A DNA stretch of 64,000 nucleotides from Candidatus Limnocylindria bacterium (GCA_035525825.1 DATLDP010000078.1:30349-94348), one strand, 5' to 3'; counted from the first letter of the stretch, positions 28,753 through 38,296 are shown. Program-made: numbers and translations. Notes: a model not told the origin generated them from the letters alone.

Positions 28753-30534
28753 ATGCAGCCGGGCCACGAGACTCTGGTGCGTGGCCGGTCGCCCTTTGCG
28801 GCGGCATTCCTCTCCCTGCTCTTCCCCGGCCTCGGTCACGTCTATCTCGGCGCCGATCGCCGGGGCCTGGGTTTCGCCGCGCCGCCGCTGCTGTTCGGGG
28901 CGCTCGTGGCCGGGTTCGCGGTCCGGATGTCCGTCGTGGACCTGGGCGGGCTTGCGCTCCAGCAGTGGTTCCAGGTCGCGGTCTTCGTCGGCAACCTGCT
29001 GCTGCTCGTCTACCGCGCCGCCGCGATCTTCGATGCCTGGTCGATCGCGCGACTGCTCAACGGCCGGCCGGGCGTCTCGGCGGCCGCGGTCCGCCAGGCC
29101 GGGCTCATCTCCGTCGCAGGGCTCGCCGCGGTGCTCCTCGTCATGAGCGGCGCCCACGTCGCGGTCGCCCGCTACGACCTGCTCCTGTCCACCACCTCGG
29201 CCTGCATCTTCGACCCGCAGGCGGACTGCAGCGACGACCCCACCGGCTCCGCCGAGCCCACCGAGGAGGCCACCGAGCGACCCGCAGGGACCACCCCGGA
29301 ACCGAGCGCCGGCCCGGCGGTGTCCGGGCCCACGATCCCCCAGTGGGACGGCAGGGAGCGCCTCAACATCCTGCTCGTCGGCGTGGACGAGCAGGGCGGC
29401 GGCTTCAACACCGACACGATGATCACCGTTTCCATCGACCCGGCGACGAAGCAGGTCGTCATGTTCCAGCTCCCGCGCGACACGGTGGACGTCCCGCTGC
29501 CGCCGGGCCCGGTGCGCGGCTACTACGGCGCCGTGTACCCCGGGAAGATCAACAGCTTCGCCGCCAACGGCAACCGGACCGACTGGTTCCCGGGCGGCAA
29601 GACGAACCACATCGCGGGGCTCAACGGCCTGAAGGCCATCCTCGGCAACCTCTACGGGCTCGACATCAAGTACTTCGTCCAGGTCAACTTCGAAGGCTTC
29701 CGCGAGGTGGTCGACGCGCTCGGCGGGGTGACCGTCAACGTCCAGGTCCCCGTCCTCGACGACAACTTCCCGCAGCCGGGCGGACGGCGCGAGCGGCTGT
29801 TCGTGCCCGCGGGCGTCCAGCACATGACCGGCAGGGAGGCGCTCGAGTTCGCGCGGTCCCGCAAGTCGACGTCAGACTTCGAGCGCGGCGCGCGCCAGCA
29901 GCGCGTCATCGTCTCGCTCCGCCAGCAGCTCGACGTCGGCTCGGCGCTGCGGAAGATCGACGTCCTCGCGGCCGCCATCGGCGACTCGGTCCGGACGGAC
30001 GTGCCCCGGGAGCTCGTGCCGCAGCTGCTCGGGCTGGCCGAGGAGGTCGACACGCGATCGATCCGGTCCGTGACCTTCACCCCGCCCTTCTACCAGGTGG
30101 AGTGCCTCAACTGCCCGCCCCGGGGCTACATCATCCAGCCGCGCGTCGAGCGGATCCGGGCGGCGGTCGCGGAGGCGTTCAACGTCGATCCGGCCTTCGC
30201 CGAGACGCGCGACGCGCTGCTCCAGGAGGGCGCGGAGGTCTGGGTGCTGAACGGCACGGGCCGCAACGGCGAGGCCGCGCGCCTGTCGGAGTACCTCAGC
30301 TACCTCGGGATCGCCGCATCCGCTCCGAACCAGCGCCCGGACGTCGACGGTCTCCCGGCCACCACCATTCGCGTCTATAACGGCGCCGAGACGGAGCTCC
30401 CGCTGACGTTCGAGGCGCTGAAGCTGGTGTTCGGCGTGGAGCCGACGCCCGTGACCGACCCCGCCGTGCGCATCGACTTCGAGGTCATCACGGGCTCCTC
30501 CACCCCACAGCTCACTCCCCCGCCGGCCCCGTAG
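28753..30534 (+). CDS. LytR-CpsA-Psr (LCP) family protein with N-terminal TM region and C-terminal LytR_C domain
   Basis: LCP core RLNILLVGVDEQGGGFNTDTMITVS...INSFAANG...VNFEGFREVVDALGGVTV. ATG at 28753 verified. Confidence 0.85.
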   Translation: MQPGHETLVRGRSPFAAAFLSLLFPGLGHVYLGADRRGLGFAAPPLLFGALVAGFAVRMSVVDLGGLALQQWFQVAVFVGNLLLLVYRAAAIFDAWSIARLLNGRPGVSAAAVRQAGLISVAGLAAVLLVMSGAHVAVARYDLLLSTTSACIFDPQADCSDDPTGSAEPTEEATERPAGTTPEPSAGPAVSGPTIPQWDGRERLNILLVGVDEQGGGFNTDTMITVSIDPATKQVVMFQLPRDTVDVPLPPGPVRGYYGAVYPGKINSFAANGNRTDWFPGGKTNHIAGLNGLKAILGNLYGLDIKYFVQVNFEGFREVVDALGGVTVNVQVPVLDDNFPQPGGRRERLFVPAGVQHMTGREALEFARSRKSTSDFERGARQQRVIVSLRQQLDVGSALRKIDVLAAAIGDSVRTDVPRELVPQLLGLAEEVDTRSIRSVTFTPPFYQVECLNCPPRGYIIQPRVERIRAAVAEAFNVDPAFAETRDALLQEGAEVWVLNGTGRNGEAARLSEYLSYLGIAASAPNQRPDVDGLPATTIRVYNGAETELPLTFEALKLVFGVEPTPVTDPAVRIDFEVITGSSTPQLTPPPAP

Positions 30535-30638
30535 CCGGCCGTCGCGCCCCAGCCCCTCGCTGCTTCACGGACGGCGCGACTGCCCGACAACGACCGCCAA
30601 CGCGCAGGCGCGCGGCCGGGACCGGGGTGACACGCCCA

Positions 30639-30779
30639 CGGGTCAATCGACCGGCGGCACGGCAGAGATCACGCGCCAGCAACTCGAATGCGGGGTCTCG
30701 CCGGTCGATTGACTCGCGGGCGGGTCAACGACCCGGCCACCAGCGCCACTCCGGGGTCTCGCCGGTCGATTGACTCGCC
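30639..30779. repeat. Intergenic repeat cluster between convergent LCP and ilvE genes
   Basis: A 27-bp perfect direct repeat cggggtctcgccggtcgattgactcgc at 30691-30717 and 30752-30778. The 15-nt core cgccggtcgattgac recurs inverted at about 30640-30656. A 7-bp stem/3-nt loop hairpin ccgggtcaacgacccgg lies at 30720-30736. Confidence 0.6.
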
Positions 30780-30879
30780 GGCGGATCAGCGGCGCGCGGA
30801 TCGGGATGCGTTGCGGCCAAGGCGGATGAGGCGCGTCCGAAGCCGATCAGCGACTCGCCAACGGGCTCGCGGCCGCGAG

Positions 30880-31884
30880 CTAGCGAGCCGGGATGGGCGT
30901 CAGCCAGTGGGCGAAGCGCGAATCTCGCCCTCGAACGGCCGCGAAGTAGGCCTCGTGGAGCTGCTTGGTGATCGGGCCGATCGCGCCGCCGTTGATCGGG
31001 CGGTGATCCAGCTCGATGACCGGCGAGAGCTGGACGCCCGTCCCGCACAGGAACATCTCGTCGGCGACGTAGATCTCCGATCGATCGATCGAGCGCGTCT
31101 CGACCGGGATCCCGAACACCTCGGCAAGCTCGAGCACCGCCCGGCGAGTCACGCCCTCGAGGATGTCGTCGTTGACCGGCGGCGTCAGGAGGACGCCATC
31201 GCGGACCACGAACATGTTCGCAGCAGACGCCTCGGAGGCATGGCCGTCGGCGGTCAGGACGAGCGCCTCGTCGAAGCCGTTGAGCTCCGCCTCGGACTTC
31301 TGGAAGGCCATGTTCACGTAGCCACCGACGATCTTGCCGCGGGCCGGCAGGGCGTCGTCGCTGTTGCGGCGCCAGGTCGAGGTCATGACCCTGACGCCGT
31401 GCTCCGTGTCGATGTAGTTCCCGAACGGCAGGGCCAGCACGACGAGCTCGTGGGGCAGCTTGTGCAGCCGGACGCCCACGGACTTGCCGGACTTGTAGTA
31501 GCTCGGCCGGATGTAGACGTCCTCGCGGAAGCCGTTCCGGCGCGCCGTCTCGACCACGATCCGCACCAGCTCATCGACGGGCGGCAGGTCGGTCATGAGG
31601 AGCATCCCGGCGTTGCGACGGATCCGCTCCATGTGCTCCCGGAGCTTCAGCCCGTAGAGCACGCCCTGCTCCTCGTTCCAGTAGGCCCGGATGCCCTCGA
31701 ACACGGCCGTGCCGTACATGAACGAGTGGGTCATCACGCTCACCCTGGCGTCGCGGAGCGCGACGTAGTCACCCTCGAAATAGGCGACAAGGTCATCGGT
31801 GGAGCCCTGCGACGCGCCGTGGGCGTCGGCGTGGGGCGACGTGGCGGGGTCCGGGGTCGCGCCGGGGCGCTTCTCGGTGAGCAT
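30880..31884 (-). CDS. ilvE: Branched-chain amino acid aminotransferase
   Basis: 334-aa class IV aminotransferase (IlvE-like) sequence. Confidence 0.9.
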   Translation of the reverse strand: MLTEKRPGATPDPATSPHADAHGASQGSTDDLVAYFEGDYVALRDARVSVMTHSFMYGTAVFEGIRAYWNEEQGVLYGLKLREHMERIRRNAGMLLMTDLPPVDELVRIVVETARRNGFREDVYIRPSYYKSGKSVGVRLHKLPHELVVLALPFGNYIDTEHGVRVMTSTWRRNSDDALPARGKIVGGYVNMAFQKSEAELNGFDEALVLTADGHASEASAANMFVVRDGVLLTPPVNDDILEGVTRRAVLELAEVFGIPVETRSIDRSEIYVADEMFLCGTGVQLSPVIELDHRPINGGAIGPITKQLHEAYFAAVRGRDSRFAHWLTPIPAR

Positions 31885-31939
31885 GTCGGCTGAGCTCCTC
31901 GATGCTGGCGGCGCGAGCCGCGGGAAATCGGGCGAATTG

Positions 31940-31975
31940 GGCCGAGTATACCCTCGGGTTTCGGGCTAGCCGCTC
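31940..31975 (-). promoter_or_regulatory. Candidate -10 element (TATACT) upstream of ilvE
   Basis: Minus-sense gggTATACTcgg at about 31945-31950, an AT-rich hexamer about 60 nt upstream of the ilvE ATG. A GAGGAG SD sits 8 nt upstream of the start. Confidence 0.3.
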
Positions 31976-33015
31976 GTGACTCCGATCCCGACGATCACCA
32001 GGTAGGCGGCATAGAAGGCCCCGCCCACGAGCAAGCCGCGGCCTCGCAGCTTCCCGGTTCGCCACATCGGGAGGAAGATCGCGGCGCTTGCGAGGAAGGC
32101 GATCCCGGCCGAGGCGAAGGCGAGGTAGCTGCCCGGCCCGGCGACCCAGGTCTCCGGCGCGAAGATCAGCGCCACCGAGACCGGAATGGCCGACTGGAAG
32201 ACCATCGCCCCGGTGATGTTGCCCATGGCGAGGGTGTCCTTGCCCTGGCGGATCCAGATGATCGAGTTGAACTTCTCCGGCAGCTCCGTCGCGATCGGGG
32301 CGACGACGAGGGCGAGGAGCACCTGGCTGACGCCGAGGGTCGTCGCGACGTGTCCGACGGCGTCGACGAAGGCCACGGCCCCGACCAGGATCAGGCCCAG
32401 GGCAACGAGCACCTGGCCATTGATGATCCGGAGGCGTGGCCCACCGTCGTTCGGGTGGGTCCGGCCCGCGTCGAACCGGTGGAACCGGAGTGGCGCGAGG
32501 TCCTCGACGTCGATCGACGGGTCGGCCTCGAAGTGGCCCTTGACGTACCAGGCGTAGATCAGGATCAGCGCGATGGCGACGACGATCTTCGGCCACGTCG
32601 GCTCGGATGGCAGGAAGATGGCCGCCGCGATCGCGAGGCCGTAGGACAGGACGAAGGTCCGCATGTCCGCGCCGATGACCTTCGTGTCGACCGGCATCAC
32701 GTCGCCCGCCTCCCGGTGTCGCGCCTGGTACACGACCGCCACGCCGGTCACGAACATCGCCAGCGTCGCGAGCATGAAGGGGGCGCCGAGGATCGCGCCC
32801 ACGCCGATCTCGTTCGAATGCTCGCCGGACCCGAACAGGATCGCGACGATCGGGATCATCGTCTCGGGCAGCGCGGTCCCCACGGCCGCCAGGACGGAAC
32901 CGACCGCGCCCTCCGCGAGGCCGAGTCGCCGCCCGAACCACTCGATGCCGTTCGTGAACAGCTCGGCGCCGGCCAGGATGATGACGAACGAGACGAGGAG
33001 GATGAGAAGGTCCAT
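31966..33015 (-). CDS. Ca2+:cation (Na+/Ca2+) antiporter, CaCA family (YrbG-like)
   Basis: 349 aa, two alpha-repeat regions (GSVLAAVGTALPE... and GNITGAMVF...), about 10 TM helices. Confidence 0.8.
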   Translation of the reverse strand: MDLLILLVSFVIILAGAELFTNGIEWFGRRLGLAEGAVGSVLAAVGTALPETMIPIVAILFGSGEHSNEIGVGAILGAPFMLATLAMFVTGVAVVYQARHREAGDVMPVDTKVIGADMRTFVLSYGLAIAAAIFLPSEPTWPKIVVAIALILIYAWYVKGHFEADPSIDVEDLAPLRFHRFDAGRTHPNDGGPRLRIINGQVLVALGLILVGAVAFVDAVGHVATTLGVSQVLLALVVAPIATELPEKFNSIIWIRQGKDTLAMGNITGAMVFQSAIPVSVALIFAPETWVAGPGSYLAFASAGIAFLASAAIFLPMWRTGKLRGRGLLVGGAFYAAYLVIVGIGVTSG

Positions 33016-33022
33016 TGTCTTT

Positions 33023-33433
33023 TCAGCGTGCCATGACGCCGCTGATCACGCCGACCCCGATGACACCGAGCACGAGCAGGGCCACCGTTGCCATGCGTCG
33101 CTCCTCGCGTCGGAGGAACCCGAGCATCGCCCTGACGACGCGGAGGCCGGGCGTGGCGAGGACGCCGATGATGCCGATCCACAGGAATCCGGCCGGTCGC
33201 AGGGCCGCAAGGTCGGCCACGACCCCGTCGATCGAGAGCGGCGGCCCGCCGGCCGTCGGCGACCCGCCCTGGGCGACCAGCAGGACGGACCCCAGGGCCA
33301 CCAGGCCGATCGAGAGGTAGGTCCCGAGCTGCAGGACGTGGGCAAGCGCAACCTCCAGGCTCCCCTCTCCGGCGGGTCCTGCGGGCGCGGCGGGCCCGTC
33401 GATCGGCGGCAGCGCCGCGGGCCGGCCGGTCAC
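33023..33433 (-). CDS. DUF1634 family small membrane protein
   Basis: C-terminal 112 aa of track ORF 33023..34138 match the DUF1634 pattern (LEVALAHVLQLGTYLSIGL...). GTG start overlaps the TauE stop (GTGA). DUF1634 is a usual partner of TauE/DUF81. Confidence 0.55.
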   Translation of the reverse strand: MTGRPAALPPIDGPAAPAGPAGEGSLEVALAHVLQLGTYLSIGLVALGSVLLVAQGGSPTAGGPPLSIDGVVADLAALRPAGFLWIGIIGVLATPGLRVVRAMLGFLRREERRMATVALLVLGVIGVGVISGVMAR

Positions 33434-34287
33434 AGCGCCGCGGCGCGACGCGCCATCTGGAACGCCGTGTAGAGCAGCACGCCCACGAAGGTCAGCCGAA
33501 GGAGCCGGACATCGACGCGATGGCCCAGGCGAGACCCGAGGCTCGCCCCGATGAAGACGCCGACCGCCGTGGGACCCGTGACATAGGCGTCGATGCCGCC
33601 GCGGAGCAGGTAGACGATCGCGCTCGTGGAGGCGGTGATGCCGACCATCAGGTTGCTCGTCGCGGTCGCGATCCTGAGGGGGACCCCGAGCGAGACGTGC
33701 ATCAGCGGGACCTTGATGATGCCGCCGCCGATCCCGAGCAGCGCCGACGCGACCCCGGCTCCGATGCTCGCACCCGCGGCGAACGGCAGCTTTGCGAGTC
33801 GATCCGGCGTCAACCCGAGGGTGGCGGCATCCGCGTCGACGACGATGGATTCGTCGTCCGGAACCTCGTCGATACGCTCCTCTTCGTCGATCGCGCCTGC
33901 AACAGCCGGCGCTGCGGCCCTGGCGCCGCGCAACCCGCGCGCCATCGTCGCGGCGACGTAAAGCATGAGCAGGGCGAACGCCCCGGCGAGGAACCGCTCG
34001 TCGACGAGGAACGCGATCGCGCCCCCGACCACGGCCCCGAGCCCCGTGAACAGCTCCAGGACCATCCCGAGCCGAAGGTTCGCCTGGCGCCGCTGGAGGT
34101 ACACGCCGGCGGACGCGCTGCTCGTCACGATCACGCACACGAGCGAGACCCCGACCGCCTCCCGCGGCGGCAGCCCGAAGCCCAGGGTCAGCAGCGGAAC
34201 GATCAGCAGCCCGCCACCCAGTCCGAGCAGCGACCCGAACGCCCCCGCGGCGACGCCTCCGAGGACCAGGAGCAGCCCGACCTCCAT
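33430..34287 (-). CDS. TauE/SafE (DUF81) family sulfite/anion exporter
   Basis: 285 aa, duplicated 4-TM halves with Gly-rich helices typical of TauE. Confidence 0.8.
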   Translation of the reverse strand: MEVGLLLVLGGVAAGAFGSLLGLGGGLLIVPLLTLGFGLPPREAVGVSLVCVIVTSSASAGVYLQRRQANLRLGMVLELFTGLGAVVGGAIAFLVDERFLAGAFALLMLYVAATMARGLRGARAAAPAVAGAIDEEERIDEVPDDESIVVDADAATLGLTPDRLAKLPFAAGASIGAGVASALLGIGGGIIKVPLMHVSLGVPLRIATATSNLMVGITASTSAIVYLLRGGIDAYVTGPTAVGVFIGASLGSRLGHRVDVRLLRLTFVGVLLYTAFQMARRAAAL

Positions 34288-34312
34288 GGGACGTCGAGCG
34301 GTTGCGTGCTGG

Positions 34313-34582
34313 CTAGGGGCGCAGGTGCTGTGGCGCGTACGGGAGCAGAGCGACGTGGCGCGCGCGCTTGAGGGCGACGCTCAGCTCGCGCTGGTGGCCG
34401 GCGCAGGTGCCGGTCTTGCGCCGCGGCTCGATCTTGGCCCGCTCCGAGAGGTAGCGGCGGAGGCGGTTGACCTCCTTGTAGTCGATCTGGACCGTCTTGT
34501 CGGCACAGAAGGCGCAGACCTTGCGGCGGCGTCGATCGCGGTAGGAGTCGTCGCGCTTTCGGGAGGTTCTGGCGGGAGGCAT
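34313..34582 (-). CDS. rpsR: 30S ribosomal protein S18
   Basis: [42 protein letters not shown]18 signature. Confidence 0.9.
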   Translation of the reverse strand: MPPARTSRKRDDSYRDRRRRKVCAFCADKTVQIDYKEVNRLRRYLSERAKIEPRRKTGTCAGHQRELSVALKRARHVALLPYAPQHLRP

Positions 34583-34639
34583 GTGGTCAGGGTCTCCTGG
34601 TGGCGCCGCTCGGGCGCGGGAGGGTCAGGTTCGAGGAGG

Positions 34640-35095
34640 TCAGAACGGGAGCTCGTCGATCTCGGTGTCGTCGAAGCCGCCGGAGCGGCCGCCGCCCGAG
34701 GGAGCCCCCGCACCCGCAGGGGCGCTGGCCGGGGCGCCGGCGAAGGTGCCCTCGGGGCCGGCTTCGCGCTTGTCCAGCCCGAGCACGGTGTCCGCGGTGA
34801 TGTCGAGCGACATGCGCTTCTGGCCGTCGTTGGCCTCGTACTCGCGGGCCCGGAAGCGGCCGTCGACGAAGACCCGGCTGCCCTTGCGGAGGCTCTCCGC
34901 GGCACGCTCGCCGCGATCACCCCAGATGGACACCCGGAACCAGTCGGTCGATTCGATCCACTCGCCCGACTGCTGGTTCTTGGTCGACTGGTTCACCGCG
35001 ACGGTGAAGCTCGCGACCGGTCGCCCGCTGGGGGTGTAGCGCAGCTCCGGGTCACGCCCGAGGTTGCCGATGATCTGGATCTTGCTCAGCGCCAT
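34640..35095 (-). CDS. ssb: Single-stranded DNA-binding protein
   Basis: OB-fold SSB sequence with Gly-rich tail and acidic C-terminal DDTEIDELPF. Confidence 0.9.
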   Translation of the reverse strand: MALSKIQIIGNLGRDPELRYTPSGRPVASFTVAVNQSTKNQQSGEWIESTDWFRVSIWGDRGERAAESLRKGSRVFVDGRFRAREYEANDGQKRMSLDITADTVLGLDKREAGPEGTFAGAPASAPAGAGAPSGGGRSGGFDDTEIDELPF

Positions 35096-35107
35096 CGTTC
35101 GACCCTC

Positions 35108-35551
35108 TCAGTCGATCGCGGCCGGAGCCGCCTCGCTCTCCGACTCGTCGATCCGCTCACGCCCATCATCCTCTTCTTCCTCATCCTCCGCGGAGGGAAG
35201 CGGCGTCTCGTCGCCGTCGCCATCGGCGTCGGCGTCACGAGAGGCCCGGGCCGGGCGGTCCTGGCGGATGACGAGGTGCCGGAGCACTTCCTCGGTGATG
35301 AGCAGGTCGCGCTCGACCTCGGCGATCACCGTCGTCGGCGCCTCGAAGACGACGATGTGATACGCCCCTTCGCGGTGTCGGTCGATGGCATAGGCGAGCC
35401 GCCGGCGGCCCCACGGGGCGACCTTGATGATCTGTCCGCCGTCGGCGGTGATCTGGCGGGTGGTGCGATCGATGATCGCGGCGAGCCGGTCGTCCGGGGC
35501 GTCCGGACGGAAGACCAGCATGAGCTCGTAACGGCGCACGGTCAGGTGCAC
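35108..35551 (-). CDS. rpsF: 30S ribosomal protein S6
   Basis: RRYELMLVFRPD...GRRRLAYAI, S6 with acidic C-terminal tail. rpsF-ssb-rpsR cluster. Confidence 0.85.
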   Translation of the reverse strand: MHLTVRRYELMLVFRPDAPDDRLAAIIDRTTRQITADGGQIIKVAPWGRRRLAYAIDRHREGAYHIVVFEAPTTVIAEVERDLLITEEVLRHLVIRQDRPARASRDADADGDGDETPLPSAEDEEEEDDGRERIDESESEAAPAAID

Positions 35552-35723
35552 TCCTTCCTATGGGATTGCCCCGGGTCGAGCGTGTCGCCCAGAGCAGGAA
35601 AGGTCAGTTGCGGGAGTCTAGCACGGGCCTTTCGTCAGCCCGGCTGATCCATCCGGGGGCCCGACACGAACCCGGTTGTATCCTCTGGCGGCGCAAGATC
35701 GGAATCCCATCCTCAGGAGACCC

Positions 35724-36941
35724 GTGACCGACACCAAGATCGTCCTGCTCGGTGGCTCTTCCAGCGATTCGCTGGCCAAGGTTTTGGGCCGCCCCGGACG
35801 GGCCCTGATTCGCATCGACGACCCCTCCCTGCTGCTCGCGACCGCCGCTGACCAGGACGTCATCGTGCTCGACGTCGTGGCCGGCTCGCGCTCACACGCG
35901 GACCTGTGTCGCGAGATCCGCGCGGTGCCCGAGCTCGCCGACGTGCCGATCCTCTCGATCAGCTCGAGCGACGACGTCGAGGAGCGGATCAACCTCCTCG
36001 AGGCCGGAGCGGATGACGTCATGATCCGGCCGATCGACGATCGCGAGCTCGACGCTCGCATCGAGGCCCTGGACCTGCGCCATCGTCGGTCCAGGGACCT
36101 CCGCCCAACGTCGGGCACCTTCGTGGCGACGACCAAACGGCCGGGACGCCGCCTCGTCGTCGTCTACTCGCCCAAGGGCGGCGTGGGAACGACCACCGTC
36201 GCGGTGAATCTCGCGCTGGCGATGGCCGCGAGGGACCCGGATCAGGTGGCCCTCGTGGACCTCACGCCGACCAGCGGGCACGTTGCCACCCACCTCGACC
36301 TTCGGCCGAAGCTCACCATCGCGGATCTCCTTCGTGACAGCCAGGGCCTGGTCAGCCCGGAGATCCTGCGAACGACGTACCTCACCCGCCACGACAGCGG
36401 ACTGCTGGTGCTCGCCGGATCGCCGACCCCCGCGACGGCGCCCCTCATGCGCGGCGAGGAGGCAGCCCCGATCCTGGAGGGCATGCTGGCCGCGGTGGCG
36501 ACGGTCGTGGTGGACCTTGGATCTCACCTCGACGACATCGTCATGGCGTCGCTGGAAACCGCGGACGACATCGTCTTTGTGGTCACGCCGGACTTCCCGG
36601 CGCTGAAGTCCGTGCACTCCTTCCTCGAGTACCTGGGGGCGGGGGCGGGCAAGAACGCCGAGCCGACCATCGTCGTGAACGAGGTCTACGCGCTCCAGAC
36701 GCTCACGCCCGGCGACATCGAGACCGCCCTCGGGCGGCGGGTGGCGATCCGGGTCCCATATGACCCGCTCCTCTACCTCCGCGCCGCGAACCAGGGGACC
36801 CCGGTCTTCGCCAGCGCGCCGACGTCACAACCAGCCCGCCGGTACGACCAGCTCGCGGCGGTGGTGCTCGGGGAGGATGCGCCGGCATCTGCCAACGAGT
36901 CGCGACGACGCGGGCTCGCGGGGATCTTCGGTCGAAGCTGA
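35724..36941 (+). CDS. Orphan CpaE/TadZ-like protein: degenerate receiver (pseudo-REC) domain fused to a ParA/MinD-type ATPase with atypical Walker A (KGGVGTTT)
   Basis: N-terminal CheY-like fold lacking the acidic DD pocket. ATPase domain VVVYSPKGGVGTTTVAVNLA with the second (signature) lysine replaced by Thr. GTG start at 35724 preceded by an AGGAGA SD. Confidence 0.7.
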   Translation: MTDTKIVLLGGSSSDSLAKVLGRPGRALIRIDDPSLLLATAADQDVIVLDVVAGSRSHADLCREIRAVPELADVPILSISSSDDVEERINLLEAGADDVMIRPIDDRELDARIEALDLRHRRSRDLRPTSGTFVATTKRPGRRLVVVYSPKGGVGTTTVAVNLALAMAARDPDQVALVDLTPTSGHVATHLDLRPKLTIADLLRDSQGLVSPEILRTTYLTRHDSGLLVLAGSPTPATAPLMRGEEAAPILEGMLAAVATVVVDLGSHLDDIVMASLETADDIVFVVTPDFPALKSVHSFLEYLGAGAGKNAEPTIVVNEVYALQTLTPGDIETALGRRVAIRVPYDPLLYLRAANQGTPVFASAPTSQPARRYDQLAAVVLGEDAPASANESRRRGLAGIFGRS

Positions 36942-36949
36942 TCCGCCCT

Positions 36950-37306
36950 TCAGCCGGACTCGCGCCCCGCGGAGTCAGCGTGCGTCGTCCGTTGGGCGGC
37001 CTCGTCGGTGTCCCTGTCCAGCGCCTCGTAGTGCGTGACCGAGATGTCCTCGGCGAGCTCCCGCACGCCCGGCACCAGCCGCGGCTCGGTCAGGTCCGCC
37101 CCGACCCACGTGTACAGCGACGTCGAGTCCTGCCATTCCTCGAAGAGGACGACCTCCTCGCTGCCATCGCCGTGGAGGCGGCGCGCGAGCTTGACGTAGA
37201 CGAGGCCCGGCTGCTCCTTCAGCAGCGGCACCTGCGCGCGGAAGAGCGCGTTGAAAGGCCCAACCTTGTTCGCCTTCACTTTGACGCGCAGCACTCGAAC
37301 GATCAA
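36950..37306 (-). CDS. ABM (antibiotic biosynthesis monooxygenase/Dabb)-like small protein
   Basis: 118 aa; ...PFNALFRAQVPLLKEQPGLVYVKL...FEEWQDSTSLYTW, ABM-like pattern. Confidence 0.5.
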   Translation of the reverse strand: MIVRVLRVKVKANKVGPFNALFRAQVPLLKEQPGLVYVKLARRLHGDGSEEVVLFEEWQDSTSLYTWVGADLTEPRLVPGVRELAEDISVTHYEALDRDTDEAAQRTTHADSAGRESG

Positions 37307-37481
37307 AACGTCACCGCTTCCCTTACGGAGCGCGGCCGTCGACTCGAACGAGCGCGACGGCGATCAGGCGGCGTCGTGGGCACGGGACGACCCCGATCAG
37401 GGTTCTCGCCAGTCTGGCGTGTCGCCGCAGGGGCGAAAAGGGCCCAATCTTGCGGGTGTATTACAAGCCTCATCCGAGCCG

Positions 37482-37564
37482 TACCGGAGGCGGGATTCGA
37501 ACCCGCACGCCCTTTCGGGCGGCCGATTTTAAGTCGGCCGCGTCTGCCATTCCGCCACTCCGGC
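37482..37564 (-). tRNA. tRNA-Leu (anticodon UAA), class II with long variable arm
   Basis: Minus-strand sequence GCCGGAGTGGCGGAATGGCAGACGCGGCCGACTTAAAATCGGCCGCCCGAAAGGGCGTGCGGGTTCGAATCCCGCCTCCGGTA. Anticodon loop CUUAAAA, variable-arm hairpin CGCCCGAAAGGGCG. No CCA encoded. Confidence 0.8.
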
Positions 37565-37584
37565 GGGGGCAGCGTACCGCCGGT

Positions 37585-38106
37585 TCAGCCTTCGATGGCG
37601 GCGGTCTCGGAGGGGCCCGAGGGTGATGGCTCGGGCACCAGGCCCCCGCCCCGGACGGTCGCGCCCACGACCATCGCGGCGCCGATGAGGACGATGTTCT
37701 TGATGATGTACTGGCCCTCGAGCGTCGGCGCGATCGGGAACACCGTCCAGGTCTCGTCCGGGAAGAGCAGGAGCGGGGTGAACGTCCCGGCCATCTGGAC
37801 CGCGAGCAGGAACAGGATCCCGCGGAGGCCCTTCCCGAGGATCAGGCCGATCCCGATGATTGATTCCCAGGCCGCCAGCACGGGCAGTGACACGGCCGGC
37901 TGCACCGCGCCGAAGGTGAGGCGTTCGATCGTCCGGGCCGCGAGCAGCTCGGCGGGGCTCAGGTTCGGGAAGAACTTCAGGACGCCGAACCACAGGAACA
38001 CGACCCCGAGGGCGATCCGAAGGGCGGGCACCGCGATCCGCGACAGGGTGGCCGTGATCCGGGCGTCGAGGCGCTCGATGGGTTCAGGCAGGCCGCTCAT
38101 CGTCAC
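37585..38106 (-). CDS. DoxX family membrane protein
   Basis: 173 aa; ...ALRIALGVVFLWFGVLKF..., DoxX-like 4-TM profile. Confidence 0.75.
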   Translation of the reverse strand: MTMSGLPEPIERLDARITATLSRIAVPALRIALGVVFLWFGVLKFFPNLSPAELLAARTIERLTFGAVQPAVSLPVLAAWESIIGIGLILGKGLRGILFLLAVQMAGTFTPLLLFPDETWTVFPIAPTLEGQYIIKNIVLIGAAMVVGATVRGGGLVPEPSPSGPSETAAIEG

Positions 38107-38296
38107 GATCTGAGCGTACCGCGGCAGGCGTGTTCGGCTATTCCCGCTTCCGCCCGAGCGTATCGTCGGCGCCCCGGCCGGCCGGGTGGCTGGGGGCCGC
38201 GCTGGACGAGCTGTGGGCTGACGCGCGGCAGATGCTCGCGGATTCCGTGCCCGGCGGCCGGCTGATCATCTTCGAAGCTTTCCTAGCGCCCGGCGG

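Noticed and set aside
30639-30779. Possibility that the short repeats are a CRISPR array
   Set aside because: Only 2-4 copies, irregular spacing, mixed orientation, and no cas genes anywhere in the window.
35690-35712. GATCGGAATCC upstream of the REC-ATPase gene resembling the ATCGGAAACC repeat motif
   Set aside because: Only 10 of 26 positions match and the CGCAGG tandem is absent, so this is probably chance similarity.
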